Source of the DNA: Sphaerodactylus townsendi
Lineage: Eukaryota
Assembly (NCBI RefSeq): GCF_021028975.2
Contig: NC_059425.1
Coordinates: forward strand, 81,964,001-82,028,000
Direction of reading: 5' to 3'
Length of the DNA stretch: 64,000 nucleotides
In this document: positions 1 through 13,157 of the stretch, one piece after another
How positions within the stretch are numbered: position 1 is the stretch's first letter
Layout: each line of letters begins with the position of its first letter
Notes under the pieces: generated by a model
The model's input: the letters and a program-made list of their open reading frames with translations, nothing else
Databases searched by the model: none
Told to the model about the DNA's origin: nothing
Translations under genes and position numbers: made by a program

Positions 1-207
1 CTGGGATCTGGCAGTAGGAAGGGTTGACTAATCACAATAGCATCCCTCCTCTCCTGCTGACACACTCAGATCTCCATCTCTCCTAATTTTTTTGCCGTGC
101 ATTTATTAACAGCAAGTTAGAGTTTGTGGTCCCCCTGCCACTCAAATCATATTTGAGAATTCAGATTATGAGTTTTTCAATTGATTTTCCCCTCCACAAT
201 GTTCCAG

Positions 208-337
208 GAGTATGCATGTCCTTGCCATGCTGTTTGGAAATTGTCAAACAGGAGTGGGCAGAGAGCACAGAGCACTGGCAACTGCACAGTGCCGCGATGA
301 TGATGAACTGGCTATACTAAATAGAACCCGCCTAATG
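208..337 (+). CDS. Internal coding exon of an unidentified host gene (gene A)
   Basis: Acceptor ...cctccacaatgttccag| and donor |gtttgt. 130 nt, phase 2 to 0, open frame (R)SMHVLAMLFGNCQTGVGREHRALATAQCRDDDELAILNRTRLM; phase matches the next exon. Confidence 0.6.
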
Positions 338-1580
338 GTTTGTTTGTTTATAAAAAATATACTTGAATAAGCCTCAGATAAATGTCATCAATCAGGAAGG
401 AAGGGCTTAATAAAGAATGAAAGTAATTATTTTTGGTATATTTACCAATAGTTGCCATTTATTTCAGCTGCCTGGTCTGATGGACACCAGCTATGCATGT
501 GCAGAAATAAGACAACATTAACTCTAATAGTCTAGTTTTGAATGATGAATGGAGTAAGCATTTCAGAGCACAAGGTACATCAAAAAATGAGTATGTTGGC
601 CATGAAAATGCATATGACAAGCCCGGTAAGAGCAAAGCATTAGCATATTCTGTTGAGTACATTGCTTCTTGGTATTTTTCTGGCATCCTGTGTAGGAGTT
701 GGAGATCTACTATTTAGACCTCTGAGGAGTAACAGCTGGAGAATGTAAAATAGCTGCTGACAGTCTGGCTTGAAGGAAGAGCAGGATCTGACTCACTCTA
801 CTTTCCATCACATCTGTCTTGATCCCTTAAAATTGGTTGCTGATTATGATCCTACACACAAAAGCAACAGGTGGCTATATCTGCCTCAGAGCCCTTATGT
901 GGAAGCAAACACATTTTATTTCAGTTAAGCTTCAGACAGTGGCCTAGAGAAATCTGAGGCATTGTATTTATCCACAAGCCTTTCAGTATGGAGAAATGAT
1001 TAACTAATGACTGGTCCTCCCTCCTGGAGTATTTTGAAGTTACCTTTTCTCAGCAGAATTCCCAATTGTATTAAAATGGCTCATTTGTTTCATAGATGAA
1101 AATGGGAAGTTGTTTTGATGCTTAAAGTGCTGGTTGCTTGGTGCTAGTTCTCTTTGTGCTGCCATCAGCCTCTCCACTCAACAGTGCTGCACTGATGCAG
1201 AATCTCATGCGGCTCCACAAAAAGGGATTCTGTGAGTTCCAGGGGAGCAGGAAACATGAGGCTTTGGCAGTCCTCTGCAATCAATAGAAGCTAATGGGAG
1301 TTTTCTTTCAACTGTGCTACACATCAGCAAGTATGTAAGGTTCTTTGGAAATATCAGTTGCATGTGTAAGGAAATACTTTGTCTTTCACAGTGGGTGGCA
1401 AGCAAACTTTTAATTATTACACATAATGACTGTTTTGCATTGCACCTTCATATATTATGAGCAGCTGTGTGAACTGGAGAAAAAGGATCCTCTGAGCTCC
1501 AGCCACTCAGACACCTTAGCTCATCACGAAGGTCCTATCATATTGAAAAGATTTGGTTCTGGTGGGAATTCACATTTTAG

Positions 1581-1691
1581 ACTGCATTGCTTATATTTGG
1601 GCCTGCAAATGCTTATAGTTGGGCCTGCAGACGAAAGTTGATGGAAAGGTTTTGTAAGAAGAATAAGTTATTTCCCACTGAATTTGATGAA
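1581..1691 (+). CDS. Internal coding exon of gene A
   Basis: Acceptor cacattttag| and strong donor |gtgagt. 111 nt, phase 0 to 0, TALLIFGPANAYSWACRRKLMERFCKKNKLFPTEFDE. Confidence 0.65.
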
Positions 1692-1921
1692 GTGAGTATG
1701 GGCAAAACTGAAGATCTATTTCATCTATGCTCTTTAATCCACTTTGACTTCGGAAGGTAAATGAATTTCTTTTTAAGGTTTCACATACTTTGAGGATAAA
1801 GTGCTGCCTTTTGTCAGTTAAAGAAGTCTTAATCCAGCTTTTATGAAACCTATTTCAATCATCGTGTAATCCTTTATGTGTGTGAAATCTTTTAAGAATC
1901 TGTCTGCCTTCAAAGGTTGGG

Positions 1922-2281
1922 CAGCCCTATCCAAAGGCCTAGTGGTGGGATGTGGCACTGCAACCTGCTACCTCCAAGAGGGATTTCTGGTGGTGTGGGA
2001 AGGCAAACAACAAAGACCACCCCGCACCAAAGAGCCCTCCATTGGGCTCTATGAACATATGCTACCCTAAGTAGAGCAGGGGCCATGGTGTAACTGCAAA
2101 TCTGGGGTGGAAGCCGACTAATGTCAGCTCCACCCCCGGGACCGCCACACCACACCCTTGCTACTCCAGTGTGACTAGCCTGCTGGCATTTTTGCCTCTC
2201 TTCCAGGGTAAGTACCCTAGGGAGGCTGAACCTGCAGGCAGGCAACAATTCCATGGTGTGATTCATCCCTGGATGAGGCTG
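1922..2281. mobile_element. Old MITE with CAGCCC(A/T)ATCCA...TGGAT(T/G)GGGCTG termini
   Basis: Imperfect TIRs cagccctatcca / tggatgaggctg around a GC-rich interior; similar ends at 60290-60687. Confidence 0.4.
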
Positions 2282-2779
2282 TAAACGTGGTTAAAATACA
2301 CATATGAAAGTGACTGAAGTCTAAGAAATTGACACAAAAGACAACTTTACTAATAAATTCTTGTATTTTGTCAGAGTGTATATATTATTCAATTCTATTT
2401 TGAACTGTTTCTGACTACTTTCAGAATTATTTTATCTGCATAACTATCTGCTATGATTTTAGTCTATTACAATCTGTTGAATTTTTTTAACTTTGTTCTG
2501 TCCACTTTATCCAAAAAAGCTAAATTGTCTGAGCTGAAAAGTCCATACAGCGGAAGAGAAGAGCTTTCCAAATGAGATTCCATAAAATAAAGCAACTTTC
2601 CTTTAAAGGTACTTAATCAAGATGTTGTGCCACATAGAACACTCTATATTTATTGAGCTTAAACTTGATCTGTTTTTAGGACAGAACATTAAATAGCAGA
2701 TGCTTGCAATTTTAATACCAGATGCCACTGATGGTCAGGATTTGTGACCTAAATACTTTTTAAAAATTCCTCTTCTAAG

Positions 2780-2816
2780 TGCACATCCACAGCAACACGT
2801 GACTTCATTGATCTAG
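2780..2816 (+). CDS. Small 37-nt coding exon of gene A
   Basis: ttcctcttctaag| ... ctag|gtaatt; phase 0 to 1, CTSTATRDFIDL(D). It bridges to the long frame of the terminal exon. The AAG acceptor is weak and an alternative CAG acceptor ends at 2792. Confidence 0.45.
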
Positions 2817-3322
2817 GTAATTGACATATGCTGGGTGCCATTTCTGTGTACATTGTGAATCTTCATTTGTCCAGATATAATCCCTTGTAGACCTTTATCA
2901 TGGTTATTCATTAAGAAAAGGAAATGATTCCTCTCATTTTGTGCATGGTTTAATTCTGTTTCAACTGGCCACAGAATAAAAAGCACCAGTTTTGATTATA
3001 CACAGCTGAAATATATCCATAGAAAGGAACTGTGACTGGGCATAGATGAGATGATGTCAGGAACTGTCAACCTCCCCCAATAACCCGATTCATGGATTGA
3101 AAGGACACTGCCAACAAAATCTTGCTGGAACTAAGTTTCACTAAACAGCTACTGATTAATATCCCGTTCCAAAACATCTCTCCAGCCTCTTTCCTCAGCA
3201 TCCCAGTGGAGTGAAATCATTAGAAGCATTCTCAGGCTATACGGAGCCTCCTTCTCGCAGCCCATCCCACAGTTTCAGGGCAAAAGCCAGGGGAGAGCTA
3301 AAATATTGATCGGATCATGACA

Positions 3323-3615
3323 GATGATGATGATGAAGAATTGGATTTATATCCCCCATTTCTCTCCTGTAAGGAGACTCAAAGGGACTGACAATCTCCT
3401 CCCACCCTCACAACAAACACCCTGTGAGGTAAGTGGGGCTGAGAGAGCTCAGAAGAACAGTTACTAGCCCAAGGTCCCCCAGCTGGCATGTGTTGGAGTT
3501 CACAGGCTAATCTGAATTCCCCAGATAAGCCTCCATAGCTCAAGCAGCAGAATCAAACTAGGTTCCTCCAGATTAGAATGCACCTGCTCTTAACCACTAC
3601 GCCATTGCTGCTCTC
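3323..3615 (-). mobile_element. Squam3-type tRNA-derived SINE
   Basis: On -: A box tggcgtagtggttaag, B-box-like gtttgattc, CORE-like ctcacagggtg-ttgtg, (TTC/ATC)n tail. Closely similar copies at 14060, 19697 and 56944. Confidence 0.85.
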
Positions 3616-4104
3616 TTCCTCATGAGAGGAAGATGCTGTTGGTAGGAAATCTTGGAATGGATAGGTCACTGGTTAGGTTGTAGTTACCCCTTAAAATCCA
3701 GGCTCACAATTTGGAGAAACTCTTGGACCATTAGTGCTCCTGGATATCCAAATGATGGTTTTGCCAAGAGTGCCTTGTACCATTTAAAATTGGTTTACTA
3801 AATGTGCAGCATCACAGAGTCTAGCTACAGTTCCCCATGCCCTACTGACATCTTGATTATACTATTGTAACATATATATTGTAAGGCAGTCTTTGAAAAA
3901 TGTTTAGAAAGTGGTTCCAGTTGAATCTTCCAGAAGTTTGACTGCAGCAGGCCATGGACAGTCTATAGTGCCACCTACAACTGCAATATTTCCACTGCTT
4001 TCTGGTTCCTAATGGAAGTGCTGTTTCTGACCTGTAATGCCCCATAGTGTCTAGGATAGGTGGTAAAATGTAGGGGAGGGAATGACAAACCACCCTGTAA
4101 CATA

Positions 4105-4255
4105 GGCCCCTTCCGCACACGCAGAATAATGCACTTTCAATCCACTTTCAATGTACTTTGCAGCTGGATTTTACTGTTTGGGATAGCAAAATGCGCTTGC
4201 AAAAACTTGTGAAAGTGGATTGAATGTGCATTATTTTGCATGTGCGGAAGGGGCC
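4105..4255. mobile_element. PIF/Harbinger-type palindromic MITE
   Basis: TIR ggccccttccgcaca, long internal palindrome, 3-bp TSD ATA (4102-4104 / 4256-4258). Confidence 0.85.
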
Positions 4256-4264
4256 ATAAACTGT

Positions 4265-4333
4265 TCTTATGTGATGTCACCTCATGGGTCAGTAATGACC
4301 CTGTGCTTGCATAGTGGAGTACCTTTGCCTTTT
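4265..4333 (+). mobile_element. Sauria SINE / BovB-type 3' end fragment
   Basis: atgggtcagtaatgaccc hairpin followed by a taccttt-type tail. Confidence 0.4.
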
Positions 4334-5499
4334 ATCTGAACCTACTTGGAATTTAAGATCTTATTCAGTTACTCCGTTGCATGGGCCTCTAAGGTATTGT
4401 GGATGGTTATGTTTGCTAGAGACTTATCAGCAGTGGTACTGAAACTGTTTTGTATGGGAAGCTCACTAAACCACTTCATCAGTGACATTCAAACAGCAAC
4501 CTGAGACAGTACCATTATTATGGAGATTCATATTATGTTTAAGTTTTTTTTCACTATCCCCATGTTTAAAATTTTTTTCATTTCCTCTCAGGCTGTTGAT
4601 ATTTACTAAATAATTTCATAGGCATTTGTATAAATATTTTAATGAATACACACATTGTATCCCACAGTGAATAATTTCAGAGCCCTGAAATTTCACTAGG
4701 TTTCAAGGCCATAGGCTAGAAACCTATCTAGTCAACATGCCAGGGCAATTTGATATTGGTCCATTTAGACATCTCTGTCTTTAAGACAAGTGACACCTGA
4801 AAAAGCATTGGTGAAAACTTGTCAGCTTACGAAGGCACTTGCTTTCTTAGGCATACGTTATCTGAGACCAGAAGAGGAGAGGATTCGTTATACAGAGAAG
4901 TACAGTGAGAGGCTTGCTGACCCATAGCTACATTAATGGCTCCCCAGAACCAAGTCCTTCCATCTCACCACTCTTTGCCTCTCTCCACTATTCTGATCTC
5001 TCTTCTCCCTGGATTCTGCATGAGACACATTGGGGGTTTAGAAGACTAGCATCTCCAGTGTATGGAGATATGCGATGAATCTTTTATATGTGATTAATAT
5101 TTTATTGTTGGGGCATTTGTCTTCTGGAACAACCTTGTGAGTATTCCTGGCCAGCTGATGAAATATGATGGCTGGAATTCCACAGCTGAACATTGACTGG
5201 GCTGAATGAGTCTTGACAATGCCACTGTTTTGCACTCACCCGTCCCTGCTCAAATAACAATAAATGCTGGTATAGCTGGAAGAATAGTAAGTAGGAACAG
5301 GTGTTTCAGTTGACTCTATTCATCGCCATTTTGGAGACCACAGAGTCTCAAAAGAGCAACTTGGATAAACTATACCAAAATACACAGGAGGGGGCCAGTT
5401 TTGTCATCTTACTTGTAGGTAGCACTCTCAAGTCAAACAGACAGTATTTTACTAATAGCTGTTTAAACACTAGTACTGCAGCAGGGGAACAAACACTGA

Positions 5500-5975
5500 T
5501 ATTTATTTATTTATTTATTTATTTAATTTATTTATTAGTTTTATATACCGCCCTCCCCCTGAGGGCTCAGGGCGGTTTACAACAAGATTAAAACATACAG
5601 TAAAACATAATTTAAATATTAATTACATAAAAAACAGAACCCATTTAAAAATGTGGATGGCGTCTGGCTACCCCCCTCCCCCCCTTGTGCCCACGGGAGG
5701 CCAGATGACATGGTAGATGTTTTTAACCAGGCTGGCCAAACACCTGGCGGAACAGGTCCGTCTTGCAGGCCCTGCGGAAACTCTGTAAGTCCTGCAGGGC
5801 CCTGATCTCCCTAGGGAGCCTATTCCACCAGGTAGGGGCCAGGGCTGAAAAGGCCCTGCCCCTCGTTGAGGCCAGCCTGATCGTTTTGAGGGCAGGGATC
5901 ACGAGTAGGTCCTCCTCCGAGGAGCGGAGGGGCCTACCGGGGCAATATGGGGAGAGGCAGTCACTCAGGTATGCA
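5500..5975 (-). mobile_element. 5'-truncated L2-clade LINE 3' end
   Basis: ORF2 C-terminus PAYLSDCL...RPLRSS...RAFSALAPTWWNRLP...KTDLFRQVF; 3' UTR gtaaaccgccctgagccc and (AAAT)n tail. Confidence 0.9.
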
Positions 5976-6214
5976 GGTTGAATGTCACACAGGCAACATT
6001 CATGTGTGACGCTGCCAGAATGGAATAAATTCAAATGGATTTTTGGAGAGTATGGGGTTTAAGAAAGAAGACATTCAGCTCTTGCTGTTCTAACCTGGTA
6101 GTCATGTCATGTTTGTTTAAAGGGCCATGTGACTTTATCTCATCTGCATGCATTTCCTACACATGGGCACAGCTTAGTATCCATCCCCATGATCAAGAAA
6201 GTTTTTTAAAGCAG

Positions 6215-6385
6215 CACAATGTGTTTAAATTACAGGCTGAAAAGTTCTGACTGAATTATTAGGGAAAATTTTTTCACAGTTAAAAGAGTTGTGCAATAGT
6301 GGAACCATCTGCCTGGGGAGGTGAGCTCCCCCACACTGGTGACTTTTAAGCAGGAAAAACGCTTGTCTAGGATGCTCTGCATTGA
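6215..6385 (+). mobile_element. Degraded CR1 LINE 3' fragment
   Basis: CR1 ORF2 end-like ttttcacagt...tggaac..ctgcct.gggaggtg...ttttaagcag. Confidence 0.5.
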
Positions 6386-6389
6386 ACAC

Positions 6390-6640
6390 CTTTGATCTGC
6401 CAGTCTTGACAGAGGCGACGGTGCTGCTGGTTTTTAGATCTGACCACAGTGTTTGATATTGTAGATCATGACCTTTTGGTCTGCCGTCTTGCTGGCACCA
6501 GGATATGGGAGTCTTGGCTGGTCTCTTTTCGTGGTCGAGGGTCACGTGTAGCATCAGGAGGTGGGGTCTCCAAGCGGCATCACATCAAGTGTGGGGTGCC
6601 ACAGGGGTCCATTCTCTCCTTAATGTTGTTCAATATCTGG
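6390..6640 (+). mobile_element. L2 LINE reverse-transcriptase fragment
   Basis: FDIVDHDLL...L and CGVPQGSILSLMLFNI RT motifs. Confidence 0.8.
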
Positions 6641-7505
6641 AGATATGCTGGAGATATGGTTGCAATGCCATTCTCCAGTTGAATACCCATGTCACAGACA
6701 TTGCCTTTTAGTGCTTGAGTGGTCTATCAGGCTCAATTACCTGAGCAGAGAGGAACAGGAGCTGTTGCAATTTTTTTATGGAACTTCAATTCTTGCTCCT
6801 CTTATTTTTTTCCTTCCTCCCCTTCTTCTCAGTTTGGTTTCTGTCACTAACAAAAAGAGGCCAGGTTGAAAAGAATTGGTTTGAAATTGGTCTTGAATGA
6901 TGGGGAAGGCACAATGCAGTTGGGGCAAAGATGAATGAGAAAAAAAGGGCCACAGGGCAAGAGAAGTGCTACCCTAGCCAGTGCTGCTGTGCCAACTTCC
7001 TTCCCACATGCCTCACTGCAACCCCCTCCAGTTTTAAGCAAGCCATGTGGTTATCCAGCTGCCTAAGAAGACAGTGGGCACAAGGAACAAGTGAAATTTC
7101 TGCAGAACTCTTTGGTCAGAGATCAGCTATTTTAACTGCTAAACAGCCTTAACATATTATACCCACACACTCAAGGGCTATCACTGAGCCAGCTACCGGT
7201 TTTGCTATTAAATATGTGTCACTGGAATGGCAAAAACTGCTCAAAATTGACCCTAGTCACATAATTTCCAGAGGGGATGCATCACACTGTGTTAAAAAGG
7301 ACCTAATACTCCTGTATGGGTGTTTAAAAGGGTCATAAGCTTATTTAAAACCAAGAGCAGAACAGGACAGGTTAAGATGACAGGTGGGAACAATGATGTG
7401 AAAAATTCCTGGGCACTAGGAAACATAAGAGAGTAATTGCAAAAGTAGGTTTTGAGGCAGAGCTCATGAACATAACATGCGCTAAATGATTTGTTTTGTT
7501 TTTAG

Positions 7506-7660
7506 ACTGGCAACAAAGAGATGTGCGCCTTCCACTGAATGCTACTGGCATTGATTATTTGTCACCGGAACCAACCCTGACAATGAAGTCTTTACCTCTG
7601 GCTGCTTTTCAGATTTACCCAGTGCCAGCACGCAGGCTGCAGGTTTTGTCCTTCTCATGA
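7506..7660 (+). CDS. Terminal coding exon of gene A, followed by a probable 3' UTR to about 8600
   Basis: Strong acceptor ttgttttgtttttag|. Phase-1 frame (D)WQQRDVRLPLNATGIDYLSPEPTLTMKSLPLAAFQIYPVPARRLQVLSFS* with TGA at 7658-7660; repeat-free AT-rich sequence follows. Confidence 0.6.
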
Positions 7661-8708
7661 AGGATGAGAATAGAAACATAAGGCAAAGATTCATTTTGTG
7701 ACGCTGCTAGATCCGTTCTATTATGGGTGTTCGCAAGGGGCTGTTCTGTGATAATGCCAGTGTCAACTGTTCAGCATACTATTCCCATCTGGTATCCTGT
7801 AGCCTTTTATTCCCTGGTGTTTGCTGTGGTCTTTGCTCAGAGGATTACTTCCTTGATGCACATGTCATATTCTGCTCCCTTCCCTCTGAGCTTCATTCTC
7901 ATCAAAGAGTTAGGAGTGGAATCTGTGACAGTACCAGATCAACAGCAGGTAAACACCAGTATGTTCTCTGATGTAGCATAGCATTTTCATATGTGTGCTG
8001 TTTGTATGCTGCAACAACTGTCTAGCCCAGAGCCAATGAATGGTACTTGTATTGTTTGATTAATGCTCATGTTCTTGCTTGCATGTTTCAGTACAAGACA
8101 GATCTCCCTAGCTCCTGCTCCCCATCTGGATCATGATACCTTGTCTCCACCCCAATATCTGACTCCATTGCTTTGGGTCAGTTGGACTCATGCATTTGTA
8201 CCCTTACATTCCTCTAGAGGCATGACCTCCTGCCAACATGGTGCATTGGCAATGCAGGATATGACACTAATACAATGAGATTATTTCTGGTCTTTTCTAC
8301 TTTTTGCACTGCAGTGCAGAATGTAGGACTGGGCTTTGTGTTTGAGCTGTTTCAGTGCTATTAGATTGGGTGATAACCTTGCAGGAACGCTAAAGGACTT
8401 AATGAATTTCTAATTAATGGTAGAAATGGCTGCAACAGAGTCTGTGATGGAGTGGCAATTCATGGCTGCCATATTAGAAGCCTTGTTGTATTTATTGACA
8501 TTTAAATGTTTTGCTGTGCATGAAGCATTTCTGAAAATTGGAATGTTATTGTAAAATCATATGCAGGGTCTTAATGAAGTGGATTGTTGAATGTGAATGT
8601 AAGCTTGGAGCAAGACCAATTCTCAGACTATAAATATTCTAAATTCCTTTAGCAATACTAAGTGAATTGACAAACACTTTTTAAAATGACAGTGAGTACT
8701 AAATATTT

Positions 8709-8813
8709 TAAAATATTAACACGGAATCAGATCTCATAGTCTGATATCTGGGGTGGTGGTGGTCGAGGGAGAAGTACTACAATCAGTTTATGGTATGAGG
8801 GCATACAATACAG
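8709..8813. repeat. 105-bp direct repeat, left copy (flanking duplication of the Penelope element)
   Basis: Matches 13266-13370 with one substitution (gtcgag vs gtggag). Confidence 0.95.
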
Positions 8814-9281
8814 AAATTTATGAATGGAAACGTGCGTCTCAAAGAGCGTGTCAAAAAACGGACCGGAAAAATTATACAAGACACACGTATGCTGCTAAAG
8901 TGGCATTCAATGTATTACCCTCTTATATTTCTAATCATACATAAAATACAAGTGCAACAATGCTTATTTGTATTTCTATTCCAAGTGGACTTCCTTGGAA
9001 GGAGCGCAGGGATTTTCTCACGCGTGCTGAAACAGTTCACTCTCAGTTTAGTGCACAACTCAAAACAGTCCAACGTATTAGTCCTGCTCTTCATATATTT
9101 GTATCCAAAACCATAGTCATAGGATATTATCCTGACATTTACAAAGTTCTTATTCTTCAAGAGTATGTTGTTATTCTGGATCACATTGGCTGAAATCTTA
9201 CGTGAGCTCCTGCTGGAGTGTCCATTCTGAGGAGCCTTGTTGTTGCAATGGAGAAAAAATTCAGCAAACAAAAGTTCCAGC

Positions 9282-9337
9282 AAGCAGAAGCTAGTGGCGT
9301 GAAAAACTAAAGCTTTTCGATGCCTTCTTCGGTGCTC
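9282..9337 (-). ncRNA. Hammerhead ribozyme copy in the 3' pLTR, core altered
   Basis: Same motif but CCGAAGA (U4 to C) and indels in loop III. Confidence 0.6.
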
Positions 9338-9728
9338 CAGATCTTCAATAAGCAATACAATAGATTAAAATTCTATAAATATATATACATTCTCCTTAAA
9401 TCTATATGTGTCTATTTTAAACAGATTTAATAAATACGTGTTAATAAATATTTACCCAAAGCGGTGATATATGTTAAATATATGTGTGTACATTCATTTC
9501 ATTTCTATTCTATAATAAATAATTAAATACTAATAAAATACCATGCACTTGTTTTGCCATTATCGCATTATTTCAAATCTTGTTACTCTCTCTTAATTGA
9601 TGTCATTCAAGTATTGCATGTGGTTCTATGGATTTATTTCCTAATGTGATTCCTTTGCAGCTGCAGCTGCTTTTTCCTATCTGGTGTTTTAAAGAGACCA
9701 CATCCAGCTAGCATTTCATCAAAGTCCA

Positions 9729-12688
9729 TTATAGGTAACAAGAAAAATCTAATTCTCTATTTAGACCTGTTTGATATGATTTTAGAATATAAGACCATTT
9801 TGTTTCTTGTTGGAGGAGCACTCTCTTTGTATCTGCTCTGCTCTCAGATTGTTGATGATGGTACAAAACTACAAATTGGAAATCCTGGGCTGTATGTTTC
9901 GTCAAAGTAAAATGCTCCACTAGTGGCTCATCTTCTTTTTTTGTTTTTATATTGCTTGCGTGTTCTTGCATTCTAACTCTCAAGACCGATGTTGTCATTC
10001 CGGCCGATACACTAAGTCACAGAGACGAAATAATCATATAGACACGTCTTTTGTCCACATGTTGAGAAATGATTTATTTGCCATGTTCTGTTTGTGCGAG
10101 GATCCTTAATTTCTTCGTGTTTAGTGATTGTGGACACATGACACAGTGTCACAGCGATGGTGTCCTTTAATTCTAGGTCTGGTGTACTGTCTATTTTAAT
10201 ATCTGCTCTTATTAGTTGTTGTCTTAAGCTAGTTGCATGTCTAAACCCAATTAAGGGGAGGCAGTGAGCATCCTGGAATTTATTGAGTATGTGCCAATGC
10301 TTTTCCACTATGCTTTTATACTGGGTGGCTTTAAAGTCATAATTTAATGCCCATGTTATTCTAGACTGTGTATTCTTACTTTTATATTGGAGCAATTGTT
10401 GGCGTGGGACTCCTTTGATCTCTACTTAGAGACAGATTTTGGATAACCCCTCGAAGAGTATTTTTGCATTATTCTTTTTTGTTTTCTTCCCTAAATGTTA
10501 TTTCACTGGTTGAGTTCTGTTTTGCCCTAACTAATTGGCTGTATGGCAGAGTTATTTTTTGAGGTGTATTGGATGGCAAGAAGAGTATTTTAATATCTTA
10601 TTTCTTTCAATGGACTTATGAAGCGAACAAAAGGTGATTTTTTGACTGTCATCTATAGTTATCCGGTGTCCAAAAAACCTTAATAGTCCGAGAATTTTTT
10701 CTCCTGTAAACTTAATTGAAGGATGTAGGTCATTGAGCCAGTGCAATGAATTCCCTCACATCACAATTGGGCTGCATGATAAATAGCAAGTCATCTATAT
10801 ATCTGCAGTAATATAGAATTTTAGAAAAAAATGGATTAGATTCTTGCATAATATATTGGTTCTCAAAATTGGACATGAACAAATTTCGCGACACTTGGAC
10901 CTAGGGGTGACCCCATGCTCAGGCAGGATTTTTTTGAATATAATAATTGTCTTTGAATCTGAAATATATTATTATTCAAATATTATTTCAAATAAGGAGA
11001 TCAAAATGTGTGTGGGGGTGTTTTGGATTCTCTAGTGTCTAATTTGTTTAGAAGTATCAATCTAGCTTCTTCATTGGGTACATTGGTGTACAATGATACT
11101 ACATCTATAGTCCACTAGAGTAGACCCTTTGGATATTTCCTGCCCTCAATTTGTTAAATCAAGTGTGTTGTGTCCTTAGTATAGGAAGGCATATTTTTTT
11201 ACAAATGGTTGTAAAATTGATCTAGATAAGTGGCTATAGGCTCTAGTATAGAGGCAGATGCGAAACAATGGGTCTGCCGGTGGTGGAAAGCCTTGTTTAT
11301 GGATTTTTTGGGTAATGTGTAGAATATTGGTACTCTTGGAAATTTATTGATGGGGAAATTCTGAAGTGTTTTTGTTAATCCACCCCATACTCCATGCCTC
11401 TTGTACTGTAATTCCTAATTATAGAGGCAATATGATCGATTGGGTTATGTTGAATTTTTTTGGTAATATTTAGAGTATCCTGATAATTGTAGTTCTATTT
11501 CTTTAATGTAATCTTCTGTATCTTGTATAACTAACAACCTCCTTTGTCAGCCCCTCTTTTATAACTATTGTATTGTCATTTTTTGAGTAATGTCTTCCTA
11601 TCTGTATATGACATATTATTGGTCTCATTTCTGAATCTGTGTTTTTCACTCTTTTCTATGTCTCTCAATATTAATCTTTCAAATGTTATAATTGCTGGGT
11701 CTTGGATGTTAGGTACAAAGGTGGATTTTTCCCGTAATTGTTGTTGGGGTGTATAATTATTTTCTTGATCTCCAAATAATGCTTTTAATTTGATCTGTCT
11801 AATTAGTTTATATATGTCAATTCTAGTTTGATAACTGGGTATGGAGACAGATGATCACATTATCCTAGTCCTAGGTTTAACACTCTCATTTCATTAGCTG
11901 TTAGAATCTTAGTTGACAAGTTTACCACTACGTTCTCTTCCTGTTCTTCCAACTTGCACGAAAAAAATTGGGGGTGGGGGTTTCGCTGTCTCATCCCTCT
12001 CCTTCTGTTCCATGTGTTATCTGTAAAGTTAGAAATTCTACTCTGTTCTCCCTCTTCCTCTGATGTAATGTCTCTATCCTCTCTGTCAGTTTGTTCCGTT
12101 TCTGAGGAAGTAAATCCATCTCCACATGACACCCTCTTCCGTACTGTCTTTTTCTCATACTGCCATTTATATACCTTATTCATTTCGTAGTCGTTTTGAT
12201 CCCTTCTATATTTACGATTTTTAAATTCTATTAAATTTTCTTTGAAGTTTGTTACTTCTTTTTCAATGTTAACTAATTTGTTTTCAAATTGTGTCTGAAT
12301 CAAATTTTGTTTCAAATCCGATTCCATTTTTCTGATATCATTTTTAATAGCCTCCTCCATTTCCATAGCTGTTTCTATAATCAATAACATCAAATCTAGG
12401 GAGCATTTATTAAGTATGTTCATCCACCTAGTTTTGAATGGTTCTGAATCAGTAAATAATGTAGGGCCCTTTTGGATTCTCAAGCCTCTTGGTATCCTAT
12501 TCGCCTTCGCGTATTCTGTCAAAGAGACTGCATGGTAATGTCTTAATAAGCTTTTTTTTGGTAAACAGCAATGCATTCCAATCAATATCAACCGTTTGTA
12601 TTGGTAACATATCTGTTGAATTTACACTTGTCAGGATGCGGTCCACATCCTCACTATTATACGAAAAGCTATTCTGCCACGCAGCCAT
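9729..12688 (-). pseudogene. Penelope RT/GIY-YIG polyprotein ORF, broken by frameshifts
   Basis: ATG at 12688 directly after the 5' pLTR. ORF-track pieces 12497-12688, 11860-12591, 10552-10746, 10012-10395 and 9729-9998 are colinear. Confidence 0.85.
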
Positions 12689-13157
12689 GATCTAGAAATT
12701 TATGAATGGAAACGTGCGTCTCAAAGAGCGTGTCAAAAAACGGACCGGAAAAATTATACAAGACACACGTATGCTGCTAAAGTGGCATTCAATGTATTAC
12801 CCTCTTATATTTCTAATCATACATAAAATACAAGTGCAACAATGCTTATTTGTATTTCTATTCCAAGTGGACTTCCTTGGAAGGAGCGCAGGGATTTTCT
12901 CACGCGTGCTGAAACAGTTCACTCTCAGTTTAGTGCACAACTCAAAACAGTCCAACGTATTAGTCCTGCTCTTCATATATTTGTATCCAAAACCATAGTC
13001 ATAGGATATTATCCTGACATTTACAAAGTTCTTATTCTTCAAGAGTATGTTGTTATTCTGGATACGTGGCTGAAATCTTACGTGAGCTCCTGCTGGAGTC
13101 CATTTAAAGGAGCCTTGTTGCAATGCGGAGAAAAATTCAGCAAGCAAAAAGTTCAGC

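Noticed and set aside
3323-3615. tRNA gene
   Set aside because: The A/B boxes belong to a SINE head and there is no cloverleaf.
1660-7538. Resemblance of LFPTEFDETG..CAFH to the Rubicon/PLEKHM1 motif IFPFEFDT..C..VFH
   Set aside because: The required zinc-binding cysteines and the rest of the domain are absent; coincidental.
8820-9116. Identical 98-aa ORF at 8820 and 12702
   Set aside because: Antisense to the Penelope pLTR; the duplication is explained by the pLTRs and no domain is recognisable.
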